NCBI RefSeq assembly: GCF_001194135.2
Contig: NC_068984.1
Span: forward strand, 101,959,905 to 102,021,651
DNA from: Octopus bimaculoides
Lineage: Eukaryota
DNA length: 61,747 nt
Direction of reading: 5' to 3'
Every line of letters starts with the position of its first letter. The first letter of the stretch is position 1. The notes under the pieces were generated by a model. The model saw only the letters and a program-made list of their open reading frames with translations, was not told where the DNA came from and did not search any database. The position numbers and the translations under genes were made by a program. Of the stretch, positions 1 through 11,990 are shown piece after piece.

Positions 1-1990
1 CTCCACTTCTTATCGCCAGTGGTACTTCAAACCAGCACTTTCAACACTTGACCCAGCTGTTCAAGCGCCTACGTTCCTATGATGTGAAGATCAACTCGGC
101 TAAGTGTGTCTTCAGTTCTACCAGTTTGGAATTCTTGGGGCACCTCATTGACTCTGACGGTGTTCGTCCGCTGCCTTGTAATGTAGAAGCCATCAAACGC
201 TTGTCTCCTCCTGATTCCTTAAAAAGGCTCAGAAATTTTATTGGTTTAATTAATTATTATCGTCGCTTCATTCCTAAATGTGCAGAGAAGTTGCTTCGTT
301 TGACCCAGCACTTGAAAGATCAACAAAAGAAAGACGCCCAGATAACACTGTCTCCTATAGCCATCCAAGCTTATGAATCTGTCAAAGCTGACCTTGCTCA
401 AGCATCATTCCTCGCTCATCCTGTTCCGGATGCAAAATTATCACTTACTGTTGATGCGTCATCATCTGCTATAGGCGCAGTTTTAGAGCAATCTGTCAAC
501 AGCCGATGCCAGCCATGTGCCTTTTTCTCGCGCCAGTTGAAAGATGCCGAATTGAGATACAGTGTGTTTGGTAAAGAACTCTAAACAATTTATCTAGCGC
601 TGAAGCATTTCTCTCATCTTCTTGAAGGTAGAGATTTCACGATTTTCACCGACCACAAACCGCTAACGTTAGCTCTCTTTGCAAAAACGGACCGGTACTC
701 TCCCAGAGAAACGAGGCAATTGGACTACATATCACAGTTCACTAGTGACATTTGCCACATCGCTGGCACTGACAACATTATCTCGCCTGCCTATCGGTGC
801 ATTGTCGTTTTCTGCTTTGATTGATTTGGTTGCTATGGCTACTGACCAACCCTCTTTGGACTCTCTGGATATCTTTTCACCACAAGTTTGAACACCTGCC
901 TCTGTCTTTTTCTGAAGGAACTATTCTTTGCGATGTTTCTACCGGGTCACCACGACCCCTCGTTACTGAATGTCACTGTCATGCTGTTTTTGAAGCACTG
1001 CATTCACTGTCACACCCCAGCATTGCGGCCACAGTAAAGCATATCTTTGTCCATATATGCGACGGTCTATTACTGCTTGGTCACGTGCCTGTCTACCATG
1101 TCAGCGTTCCAAGGTGCATCGTCACATGAGAGCACCGCTTGGACACCAGGTTACATCACATACACATCGACCTGGTTGGTCTTTGGCCAGTCAGTTGTGG
1201 ATTTACTTATATATTGACCAGCATCGACCGTTTCTTCAGATGGCCTGAAGTCATCCCTCTCGTGGACATTTCCGCGGAAACAGTCACCAGAGCACTCATC
1301 TCTGGGTGGATATCTCGCTTCAGAGTACTTTCTAGAATTACTACTGATCGTGGACGCCAATTTGAAGCTGGCCTGTACCGTGAGCTTTCGAGATTGCTCG
1401 GAGTTCAGCACATCCATACCATCAGTTACCATCCCGCCGTGAACGGAATGGTGGAAAGATTACGCCGACAGCTTAAAGCCGCTATTCGCACGGCTCCTGA
1501 CCCTCATCGTTGGTCCGAGTTTTTCCCCATTGTTCTGCTAGGGTGCCGCTCAGCTGTCAAGGAGGATTTAGGCTACTCCTCCGCTGAGCTCCCGTATGGC
1601 ACCACTTAAGAACTTCCTAGACAAATGTTGGCGCCCGTCAACTTATCGAATGCGGACCCCACATCTTACGTCACGCGACCCAGGACATTCTTTGCTGACC
1701 TGCCACCAATGCTTCCTCGTGACCAGTCTATTTCCTCTGCAGTACCTCCGGATATTTCTACTTGGACTCACGTATTTGTAAGAAACGATGCCGACAAGGG
1801 ACCGCTCCCACCTCCCTACACTGCACCCTATCGCGTTCTTAAAAGCACACCGAAACTGTTCACTGTGGACACTCACGGAAAAAAAGAGACTGTCTCTATC
1901 GACATAGTAGAAAAGGCCTTTTCCGAAACATTTATGCCACTTACTGACACACCCATCATTCCACAAGCAAGTATAGTATAACACAGTTCG
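1..1990 (+). mobile_element. Decayed Ty3/Gypsy LTR retrotransposon pol (RT C-terminus, RNase H, integrase); runs off the left edge of the window
   Basis: ORF pieces show RT thumb (KCVF..LEFLGH..; FIGLINYYRRFIP), RNase H (LTVDASSSAIGAVLEQ; FTDHKPL), integrase zinc finger (H..HP; CLPCQRSK) and core (HIDLVG; ITTDRGRQFE; YHPAVNGMVER). In-frame TAA at 582-584 and several frameshifts. Confidence 0.93.
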
Positions 1991-2825
1991 TAAAGCATGC
2001 AAGGTATAGAAAGTTAATTTCGGCCTGTATATGTGTATACACGATCTTGTAGTAGTAAACAGATAAAGATAGGGTAATGTTACAGAGAAAAGGAAATGAG
2101 CTAGTGATAGTTATAGAGTCGAAAGAAGTTGTGTCTTATAGTTGGCTGGTTGTAACCTTCTTTCTCCCTCTGGTCGTTAGTCTTTTAGTGGCTGCCTGCT
2201 TGTGACCATGACTCTAGATGTCCAGTCGTCACCGACTGGTGACTAAACTAAATTTTTCTTTGAGTTTCCTGGCTTTTATAACCATCTAGAAGGATAGATA
2301 TATTATTGAGAACAATAGATTTAGTTGGTGGTCTTGTTATCTCTATTCTAGATTTTGGTGATGTAGGAGAGGTTAGAAAGGGTTAAGTGGTGAAGACATT
2401 GTTTCGGCCTAGCTAAAGGCATCTGGAAAATATTAAACTGCTGTCAGAGAAAAACCATTGTTCCACCGTGGGAAAAGTTCTGTTNNNNNNNNNNNNNNNN
2501 NNNNNNNNNNNNNNNNNNNNNNNNNNNNNNNNNNNNNNNNNNNNNNNNNNNNNNNNNNNNNNNNNNNNNNNNNNNNNNNNNNNNNNNNNNNNNNNNNNNN
2601 NNNNNNNNNNNNNNNNNNNNNNNNNNNNNNNNNNNNNNNNNNNNNNNNNNNNNNNNNNNNNNNNNNNNNNNNNNNNNNNNNNNNNNNNNNNNNNNNNNNN
2701 NNNNNNNNNNNNNNNNNNNNNNNNNNNNNNNNNNNNNNNNNNNNNNNNNNNNNNGATGGTGGCGAACCCTACTGTACTCTTTCACCACAACTTTCTCTCA
2801 CTCTTTCTTCCTGTTTCTGTTGTAC

Positions 2826-3000
2826 CTGTATTTCAAAGGGCCAGCCTTGTCATACAGTGTCACGCTGAATATCCCCGAGAACTATGTTAAGGGTACACGT
2901 GTCTGTGGAGTGCTCATCCACTTGCAGTTAATTTCACGAGCAGGCTGTTCCGTTGATCGGATCAACTGGAATCCTCGACGTCGTAAGCAACGGAGTGCCA
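2826..3000 (+). mobile_element. SINE 3' part (same family as 49560-49885)
   Basis: ctgtatttcaaagggccagccttgtca...ggatcaactggaa is shared with 49705-49880 and ends in (CAA)n/(AT)n. Confidence 0.7.
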
Positions 3001-3392
3001 ACAACAACAACAACAATATATATATATAAATACATACACACGTGGTAGATTTCTGTCGTTCGACGATGCGAATTCTATCGTTCAATCACTTGAAGCATTC
3101 CCTGCTCCTGAATTAACATATAACTGGCTGAGTATTCCACAGACACGTTTACTTTTAACGTCTTAGATAGAATCAGTGTGCCTAGGCTGTACCTTTGTGA
3201 ATTACAGATACAATAGACCTGGCGACCTTCTTCAACCCAATTCTACTCACAAGGTAAAACTGGGCTATAGAAAATGACATCTGTACAAAATGTTACTAAG
3301 TATGGTCGAACCCGGAGCACATTTGTTGCATAGCGAACTTCTTAACCATTCAGCCATAGTGTTTCTATCCTTACGTGTGGTGTATCCTAGGC

Positions 3393-3674
3393 CAGGGGTT
3401 TTCAAACTGTAGTCCGCAAGGACAAGGCAGAGGGTACGTGGACAGCAAATACTTTTTATGGGCAATTTGATTTTATATATGTTTTTTAATCGAAATCTTT
3501 TAATTGACAATAAACCTATTTGTTAAATACTGTTAAATAAATAAATGTAAAAATATATGTTATTTTAAGCAAATATTCATGTATAAATTTCATAAGCCTT
3601 TTTAAAGGGGGTCCCTAAGGTAAAGCCTGAAATATAAAGGGGTCCGCAAGTCAAAAAGTTTTTAAAAAACCCTG
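3393..3674. mobile_element. hAT-type MITE, 282 bp
   Basis: TIRs CAGGGGTTTT / AAAACCCTG. Perfect 8-bp TSD TCCTAGGC at 3385-3392 and 3675-3682. Confidence 0.88.
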
Positions 3675-4907
3675 TCCTAGGCAATGATGTAAATTCGGTG
3701 CTCTTAGAGCGAAGAACTAAGTTCCAGACTTATAAGTCTTGTCATCAGCAATCCGTGGAAGCAGTGATCGATTCGGTGAAAAATAGTGAACCATAACTGC
3801 AATATATCATATTTAATCGTGTGAAAGTAGCATTCCTATTTTAGTGTTAAAATTTTTTATTGTCCTGTGTTTGAGTTTTCTCAGTTAAAATCAAATATAA
3901 AAGAGTGGGACATATACACAAGTAAATACGGTATATATAATAATATCATCAATCCTATGTTTAGAGTATCTATTAAATTTATATATTTCTTGCCAATTCC
4001 ATTTTCCGACTATATTCTTTTAAATTTTTTATTTTTCGTTGTTATTTTTTCAGCTTTGTGACATCAAAAAAAAAAAAAGAAAAAAGTTTTTATTTTGACG
4101 TTGTCAATTATCAGAATAAGTTTGTCAAAACTAGAAATTTGGTTGCCCAGAGCAGAATCGCTTTGAAGTCATTCAAACAATGAAAAGAATACATTGCAAG
4201 GTGTTAAATATCCTCTTTGTAAGTTATTTAAATGGGTTTCAGTCGAGATATCGGACACCTTTATTTACGTCAGCAGATGGAAAAAATTACTTCGTGAAAT
4301 TTTTTATTTACAATTTATAACGAACTAAATATCTTTAGAAGGAATGCCAGTATCCCATGACACGATCTATATAATTTGAGGGTACGCATACCCTGTTTTT
4401 GATTGTTTATTTACTGTTTTTCCCCTCATTTTCTTACTAATTAATTTGTATATTTTGTTCCTTTTCGCAATAAACTAATTTCAGAAATATACTAAATTAA
4501 CAATTGGACTACTATATGTACTTTTCCTCTTTAATCATATTTTACAGCATAAGAATGACGCACAATAATTTAATTCAAACACAAGAAAAGAAAAAAAGTG
4601 GAAGAAAGTATAAATGAAAAGATATTTATGACATAATATTTTATATTTATATAGGACACATAACAATAGGATCGCCATTATAGTGTCTCACATCAAAGTA
4701 GTAAACAGTGACAACAGAAGCGCATAAAGAAGAAAGAGATCAGTAGAATACGCTCATTTTTACTATTTTTTCCTTCCCCGGTTTCTGTGTAATTCAAAAG
4801 AATTTTTTATTACAATTTCCTTTATAGAAACAGGCCAATAATTATCTACTTGAGAGTTAGACATTAAAAATTATTTATATAATAAATTCTCACTCATTTC
4901 TGTCGAA

Positions 4908-4980
4908 GGGGAATTAGCTCAGATGGTAGAGCGCTCGCTTAGCATGCGAGAGGTACCGGGATCGATGCCCGGATTCTCCA
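4908..4980 (+). tRNA. tRNA-Ala (anticodon AGC)
   Basis: 73-nt cloverleaf. Acceptor stem GGGGAAT/ATTCTCC with the G3:U70 alanine determinant; anticodon arm CTCGC-TTAGCAT-GCGAG; T arm CCGGG-ATCGATG-CCCGG; discriminator A. Confidence 0.97.
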
Positions 4981-4989
4981 GGCATAATA

Positions 4990-5009
4990 TTTTTGGAGGT
5001 TTTTTTTTT
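4990..5009 (+). terminator. RNA polymerase III terminator (T5 followed by T10)
   Basis: T-runs at 4990-4994 and 5000-5009 directly downstream of the tRNA. Confidence 0.8.
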
Positions 5010-5977
5010 GGTATTTTTTTAAAAATTTCATTTAATTTTTCTTAACTTTTAGATGATTCATGTCACCAACATTATTATTAATCGCTGATGTTCTTATACC
5101 AATTACAGCTATTTTCATAACTGATTTCTATCATATAATCCTAGATCAACCCTGATCGAGTAGGTTAATTAATAGCGCTGAAGCTGTGACTAACCTATCT
5201 TTTTCAGACACAGATGAATTACATTATCCAGTGTGTGTGTTTGTGAGTACAGTGATGGTTGATTTCTTAATTTCACCGGAGTATAAATATCTATAATGGT
5301 GATACTTAAAAAAAAATTCAATTCAAAAGGCATGAGTAAGCAACGCATTGTAACCACACTATAATTTTGGAAAAAATTTATCTGCGCTCAGGGTATGCAT
5401 TGCCCCACCAATGCCATTTTTTTTTTTTTTTTTTTGTACATTGAAAATAATATTTATAATTCCTTCTTTGAGTTCTCAATTCATGATAGAGTTATGATAT
5501 ATGGAATATCTTAATCATTTTAAACCAAGTGGAGCCCATCTGTGTCTAGATTTGTCAGCTGATTATTTCAAGGAGACTTAGAGAAAATGAGAGAGAAAGA
5601 GGGGAGAGAGAGATTACGACTACTTTATCTATCGACCCCGAAAGGAATAAAGACAAAATTAACCTTAGCGAGATTTGAATTCAGCACTTAGAGAACAGGA
5701 ACGAACATTGCAATTCACTGGCCAACTCGCTGTCTTATAGTCTTAATTTTTGATGTCAAAAGTAGTGTCGGTTTATGCTTGCATATTAAATACGTCTAAA
5801 TCTGTAAATAGGAATAAGAAAGCAAGTATTTATGTCATTATTCAGTTTATTTCAAGATTTCTTGCCAGTAGAAAAAGAATCATTTTCTAACTTAGATCCA
5901 AGGCTCCTTCATTGGACTTTCAACATCAACAACAGGGTATGTATGTATGTATGTATGTATGTATGTATGTATGTATG

Positions 5978-7119
5978 TGCAGATTTGTATGTTTTATGTA
6001 TGTATTCTCATGCATATAGCTGCATATCTAGACATGCTCATATATATTTAAAATGATAAACTTTTGGAAAGTTTTACAGACTTTTACAGTTCCAGTGATG
6101 GATTAGATCTGTAGTCTTCGAATTAGCTTTCCCCTTTCTGGTTTTGAGAAAACTAATTTCTCAAGAATGGTATTTAAGCAGTGTTACATATCCTAGGGTC
6201 CCAATAATTGCAGGTGTAAACCTGAACTTGTAATCTGGTTAGAGTAACTGCAGATTTCTCAATAGTTCAGCATAGGTGTTCTCTTTTTCACAGATCTTAC
6301 AGCTTTATGTTAACATCCGCTGGGCAGTTAATTTCCACAACTGTGCACAGTTTCTCTTCTCTATCCTAAATCATTATATCAGGTCTGTTGTGCTGACATT
6401 TTATTGAGGTCTTCACTGGTACATTCCACCAGAATTTCTTTTTATTATGAGTGGCTATGGTTTTTACCATATTGTGGGTTCTTATTTCTTTGTCCTCGGG
6501 ATTATCCTTCCGACGGAATTCCTTATAGAGTGTCCTAGCTACAACGCTATGTCTCATCGGTAGATAATACCGTGATGACATTTTCGGACAAATGCTTAGA
6601 GTTTTTAAGAAGAAAAGCATGGAAAATGATTATGAAGTGGACAGCTATGCTCTCAAATAGATAATTAAAAATGGGTAAATGAAGAAAAAAAAAGTGATGC
6701 AAATGATGTGTTTGCAAAATTACTGGAAAACAATTGTACACTGATATCTTCAGTGATAACTGCACAAAGTCTGCATCGGCTATCACATTTTGCTGCTTTT
6801 CCTTTATCTCTATCCCTTTTGTGCATCAGGTACTTGGTTGATATTTCCTGTTCCTGGATTGCAAACGCATAGCCTTCAAAGTGGGAGGTAGTAATCCGGC
6901 TATTGGTCCATGATAAACTGCTTTGATGGTCGATGTTACTATCGTCACGGAACTTTCTACTAATATATCCATGCATAGTCTTCTGCTCATATAGGCTCAT
7001 CCTTTCATCTGATGATACTTTGCGGTAGAGTCGTGCGACTTCTTTGGGCATGTATTTTAGGTTATCAGACAAAGAGTGTTGCTCAAGGAGCTGCCTTCCA
7101 AGTCTTATGATGTTATCAG
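5978..7119 (-). mobile_element. 3' part of an R4/Dong-like non-LTR retrotransposon (CCHC knuckle + restriction-like endonuclease), decayed
   Basis: Minus-strand peptides CRLC..EDIS..CPKMSSRYYLPMRH, WWNVPVKT, HNRPDIMI..VEINCP. A ~130-bp insert splits the zinc knuckle. Abuts (TATG)n at 5938-5977. Confidence 0.8.
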
Positions 7120-7698
7120 NNNNNNNNNNNNNNNNNNNNNNNNNNNNNNNNNNNNNNNNNNNNNNNNNNNNNNNNNNNNNNNNNNNNNNNNNNNNNNNNN
7201 NNNNNNNNNNNNNNNNNNNNNNNNNNNNNNNNNNNNNNNNNNNNNNNNNNNNNNNNNNNNNNACCTAGACCCAAGGCTCCTTCATTGGAATTTCAACATC
7301 AACAACACAGTATTTTTGTATGTATGTATGTATGTAATTGTTGGAGTATCAGAGTTAATTAATAAAGGAGTTTTAAAATATTTAGGGATAGCAGTTTAGA
7401 GTCAAAACTATTGAAAAGGTTGCAAGACGCAACGAAAATTTTGGGAAAATAAAGAAGGAAATGAGTGAAATTTTTACCGGTGATTGTGTTAAATTATAAG
7501 GCACTAAAAGAGAATGACTCTCCCCAGACACAACAGAATATGCTTCAACACACGAACTCACATAAACAATCTTGCAAACCAAATCCAAAAATGAAATTCA
7601 TTAACTATTTTTTTTTTCAATTATGTCGGTGAAAAATTAACGGGAACACTTTGTTCCAGAACACCGCTTCCTGCAACACCGATTTTGTAGTTAAGAAA

Positions 7699-7753
7699 AT
7701 GACTCAAGTCTCAAAATGTATAATTTCTGTTTTGCAACGTCCTAAAATAAGCG
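7699..7753 (+). CDS. MRPL42: MRPL42 coding exon 1 (MTQVSKCIISVLQRPKIS-G)
   Basis: aagaaaATG context. The phase-1 donor G|GTTTGT fits the exon 2 phase. Least conserved exon, chosen by phase and context. Confidence 0.72.
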
Positions 7754-10700
7754 GTTTGTATTTACTTTACATCATTTAACTAATTCATTTCATTCGATAT
7801 AGAACTATTTTCGTAATTTTTATCGGGAATTATTTTTCTTGAGAAATGTTTATTATTCTTCTTCTGTAGATGTGACCTTCAGCATGTTATTTCTCGGATT
7901 GTCCATAACCAAAAACGTGCGATTCCGTAAAAAAAAAATCTATATATATCCATTTTACCCGAATTTATGACAGAAAAATCGGATCCCATCCCCCCATCAA
8001 GGTCGTCAGCGCGCATTTTTCTTTTTTTCATATTCGTTTTCCACACACTACTTAACACCCTTCAGGCTGTATTTTTTGTTGTTTTTTGTTCCCAGGTGAG
8101 GATCTTTATATTGACTACAAAGTCAATTTATCCATGTAAGCAACAATCTCCCCTCCTAAACAATTTCCTTCATCTACATCCCGTGGATAAGATAGTAAAA
8201 GTGTTATCGAAGAACTGTCAGCCGATGCCCATTGTATTGTTTTACTCGACTTCACTGTTTTCTTCTGTAAGACGTCACACCTCCATCCTATTTTGGAGGA
8301 GGAGAGATACTGTTGAGAGACTGGGGATATATGAGCTCTTAAGAGCTTAAAAAGAATCTTCTCATTAATGATTGATAGGCACCTTCCACTCTGTGACCAG
8401 TAGCTCCCAAGATAATGTCCAAAGCCACCAGGTGAGCATTGTAGAATATGTCACATGTGACGTCCCAGGTGAGTGACTTGTACCCTGGCACGGGTAAAAA
8501 GCTTTATCCCATTTGGGCGCCTGTCGTCGTTGCGTTCGAGGCCAACAGTCTCCAGTTGTGATGGGAACCGGCAACGTCGAAGCTCCTTTAAAACTCACCG
8601 TCGGTAACTCTAGAGTGGTATTTGTGGTTCACACATGTAGAGGTCGTAGCCTAGAGCAACTTGATGAGCGTACACTCATCGCTGAAAAGTATACCGGTCG
8701 ACAAAGAGGGACCTGTGATGAGCTAGGTGCTGTTGTTTTGGCTACAACGTAACCCAGAGCAGGTGAGACAGTATTAGCCGTGATCCTCGTGATAGTGGAA
8801 CTAGTTATTACCTCGATGAAGTAACAAATTGTTTAACAAAGGGAAAGGTGGGAAAATGAATTCGAATTTCGCAATATTTTTAGATTTATTCTTTATTAAA
8901 TTTTTTATTGACCTTGTATTTATTTTCTTATTGTGTTTCAAGGATCGACATTTTATATAATTTCTTGTTTCTCTGTTTTATAACCACATCGTTGTATTTA
9001 TACTTCGACAGACTGACCCTTTGATATGTTTTTAGGCAGTGACTGTATGGTAAGGAGCTTGCTTCCCAACCACATGGTTCCAGATTCAGTCCCATTGCAG
9101 GGCATCTCGGGCAAGTGTCTTCTTCTATAGCCTCAGGCTGACCAAAGCGCTGTAAATGGAATTAGTAGACAGAAACTGAAAGAAATCCATCGTATATATA
9201 TATANNNNNNNNNNNNNNNNNNNNNNNNNNNNNNNNNNNNNNNNNNNNNNNNNNNNNNNNNNNNNNNNNNNNNNNNNNNNNNNNNNNNNNNNNNNNNNNN
9301 NNNNNNNNNNNNNNNNNNNNNNNNNNNNNNNNNNTATATATACTAGCAGAGATACCTGGCATTGCTCAAAATTAATATGGTATAGTTTGTGTATACATTA
9401 CAGTTCTGTTGAAACAGGTGATATGGGAAAGTGCAGCATTAACAACAAAACATTTGTGGAGTAAATGATGGGCTAATTTGACTAAGTGATATGCCATGCA
9501 TCCATTTGGTGTATTCCAAGCCCTAACCTGTCATGGAAAATTGGGGGTGAGGGTTGTGTGATTTTTGGCTTAAAAAGTAAGTCCTGGGGTCAATTTGTTC
9601 AACTAAAAACCTGTCAAGGCAGTGCTCCAGCATTGCCACAGCCAAATGACTGAAACAAGTAAAAGAATAGAAGAATATACAAAGTTAGTCAAATTTGAGA
9701 GATGTTTGTAATGAATTTTATTTGGTGAAAAAACTGTATATTGGATAATGTTTTCTGGAGTTGCCTTTCAAAGTAAAGCAAAACTTGTTTCGAAATTCCG
9801 ATTGATAAATTTTTTGGCAGGATGGGGTGATTTTAAACTTCTATATTTTAAAATCTTTGCCTATAAAATGTTCAGAAGTGTTTTGTTTAGAAACTGAAGC
9901 ACTTTTTAGAAGATTTCAGTTTACAAATAATTCAGATGTGCAATTTATTGCATATTTTTTCAACACACACTTGAAAATGCAATTTTCAAATGGAGAGACA
10001 GCTGAAAAATGAATATGTTCAGTTAATTTAATACATATAAATGAAATATCTCAAGTTTTATATTTATTACACTGTTCAAACTTGGTATATTAATTACTTA
10101 TACTAAGCAGTACCTTTAAGAACAATACCCAGTTTGAAATCTAAATAATAGGTAAATTAGCTAATTATATATTCAAATCTCAAATATGCATATTAGGCAC
10201 AATAAATATTTCAGGTTTTCAACAGGGTTACATTCCTCAGTAAACCTGTTATATGTTTTGTCATCGATATGGCCACAAGAAAATATCTGAAGAGACCAAG
10301 CCCTACATTTGTAAGAGAGAGAGTTGAAGACCTTGGGCCAGTTGAGTTTAATTAAACAATTGGTGGACAAGTGCTACTACTGTATAAGTCTCTCTGAGAG
10401 ATTTAGAAATGCAATATTTCTAATTTTGTAGATCAGTGAATTTATTTCACTTGAAATTCTATAGGTTTTCAAAGGCAAATAAGCATCGACAGCTAGCAAG
10501 CCAAGCTACTCCAGACTGATGAAAAACAATTACTCTGAAACTAGTCTGGATGCTGGCTTTGCTGAGTGGATGTGCTTATCTCCCCTGTTTGAAAACTTAA
10601 GGACACAGAATGCTTGTTACATAGCCAACTGGAAACGATGTTTCCTGTGGTTAAATAGCAGTAGCATTTCTCCCTTTCCTGGGGCTGCCACATTAATTTG

Positions 10701-11950
10701 GCAACAAACCATCACTCTATTAGAGGTTTTTTAAGAAAAATCGTTTGTTGGTGGGTGGTTGGACAAGGAAGATAACTCCAACTTGCAATTTTTGGACAAT
10801 ATAGACAATGTTGGTTGAGATGTATCTGGTCATTAAAGCCAGCCACTGAAAACGAACATCATTGAAGCATTTGCTGCTTAACAAGAATAATATTGTATCT
10901 ATCAGTAATAACTCTGTTTCAATAAAATATATATAAATACTACTGCAGATAATTTTCTAGGCTATTTCCATGCTGCTGTTCTTGAACAGAACATCCGAGA
11001 ACAAGTAGGAAACTTTGACTCTGTAGATTCCAAATAAATATGTCTAGTTTTTAAATCAAAGAATTTATTAAGCAAAATGTGACATATGGTTGAAATGATC
11101 TTAAGTCTGAAGTTATTTATGAAAGCTGGATATTGACAGTGGATACAGAAGTTGCAGTTGTTAGTTGTGTAAATGGAATATAAAATGCAGCTCTAAAGAA
11201 TGAATATTCCATTTTGTATGGAGGGGGAGTTCAGAATCTAGATAGTGATCACTGAGGCATATAAAAACTGACCAAAAATGATAGTTTTTTTTTGTTTTGT
11301 TTTTTCTTTTTTTAATACTCTTGCACAGACCACTATTTTCAGCGCTGGTCACAGTATTAAGGAATATTTCATCTATGAAAAGTTGGAAAGAGTAAATTTT
11401 TATCAGCTTTTGTTGATCACAAATCACTTAATCTTTTGAAAATCTATGAATTTCACCATACATGTGTGTTTGCATATCAAATTTCTTATACTTTGATATG
11501 TTAAGCCTATTATCACTGTTGCATTTGTTCATATTTGAAAATGTTTGTGATTATAACAATTAAATCTTTACAGAAACATAGTTGTTCATGTTGTCTCTAT
11601 GTTACTGTTATATTATATGTTCTCTCTTATGGAAAGATATCTTCTTTCCATAAGAAAGCAAGCATTGTTAAAATATACCTAACAATTCAATTATTCTCCT
11701 GCACTTAAATTTTCCATTTAAGTTTATCTGGACATGAGTGAATATTAAATGATTTAAAGGTTGAGATTTGTGGAAATGATTTGTTTTCCACTAAGGTAAA
11801 ATATACTTGTTGGTCTTATGTATAGAACAACTACAATGGTAGAGAGTGGCATCACTGGGCACTTGGGCCCTACAGTGTCCCACCTGACTTCCCATCAAAA
11901 ATATTTTATTGTTCCCTTAAACAAAGCATTTCATAGTTCCCTTAATTCAG

Positions 11951-11990
<40 letters not shown>

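Noticed and set aside
2395-2440. Possible minus-strand hammerhead (…CCTTTAGCTAGGCC-GAAA-CAATG-TC)
   Set aside because: Stems II and III look right, but the CUGANGA box is absent (TTCCAGA) and stem I does not pair; at best an unrecognisable relic.
1990-2484. 3' LTR of the left Gypsy element
   Set aside because: No clear polypurine tract or TG…CA boundaries, and no second LTR in the window for comparison.
4235-4278. CTGACG…hairpin…TGAAAC on the minus strand
   Set aside because: The core lacks A9 and is separated from the hairpin by an unpaired stretch; no NUH site or stem I.
7643-7657. Perfect GGAACA-ctt-TGTTCC palindrome resembling a steroid (GRE/ARE) response element upstream of the MRPL42 ATG
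   Set aside because: 6-bp inverted repeats with a 3-nt spacer arise often by chance in 60 kb, and 3-ketosteroid receptors are not known in molluscs.
7885-8350. Alternative MRPL42 first exons (ATG at ~7885 with a gtaaaa donor; ORF 7967-8350)
   Set aside because: The first has a weak donor and poor ATG context. The second would splice in phase 0 and not fit exon 2. The 7699 start fits better.
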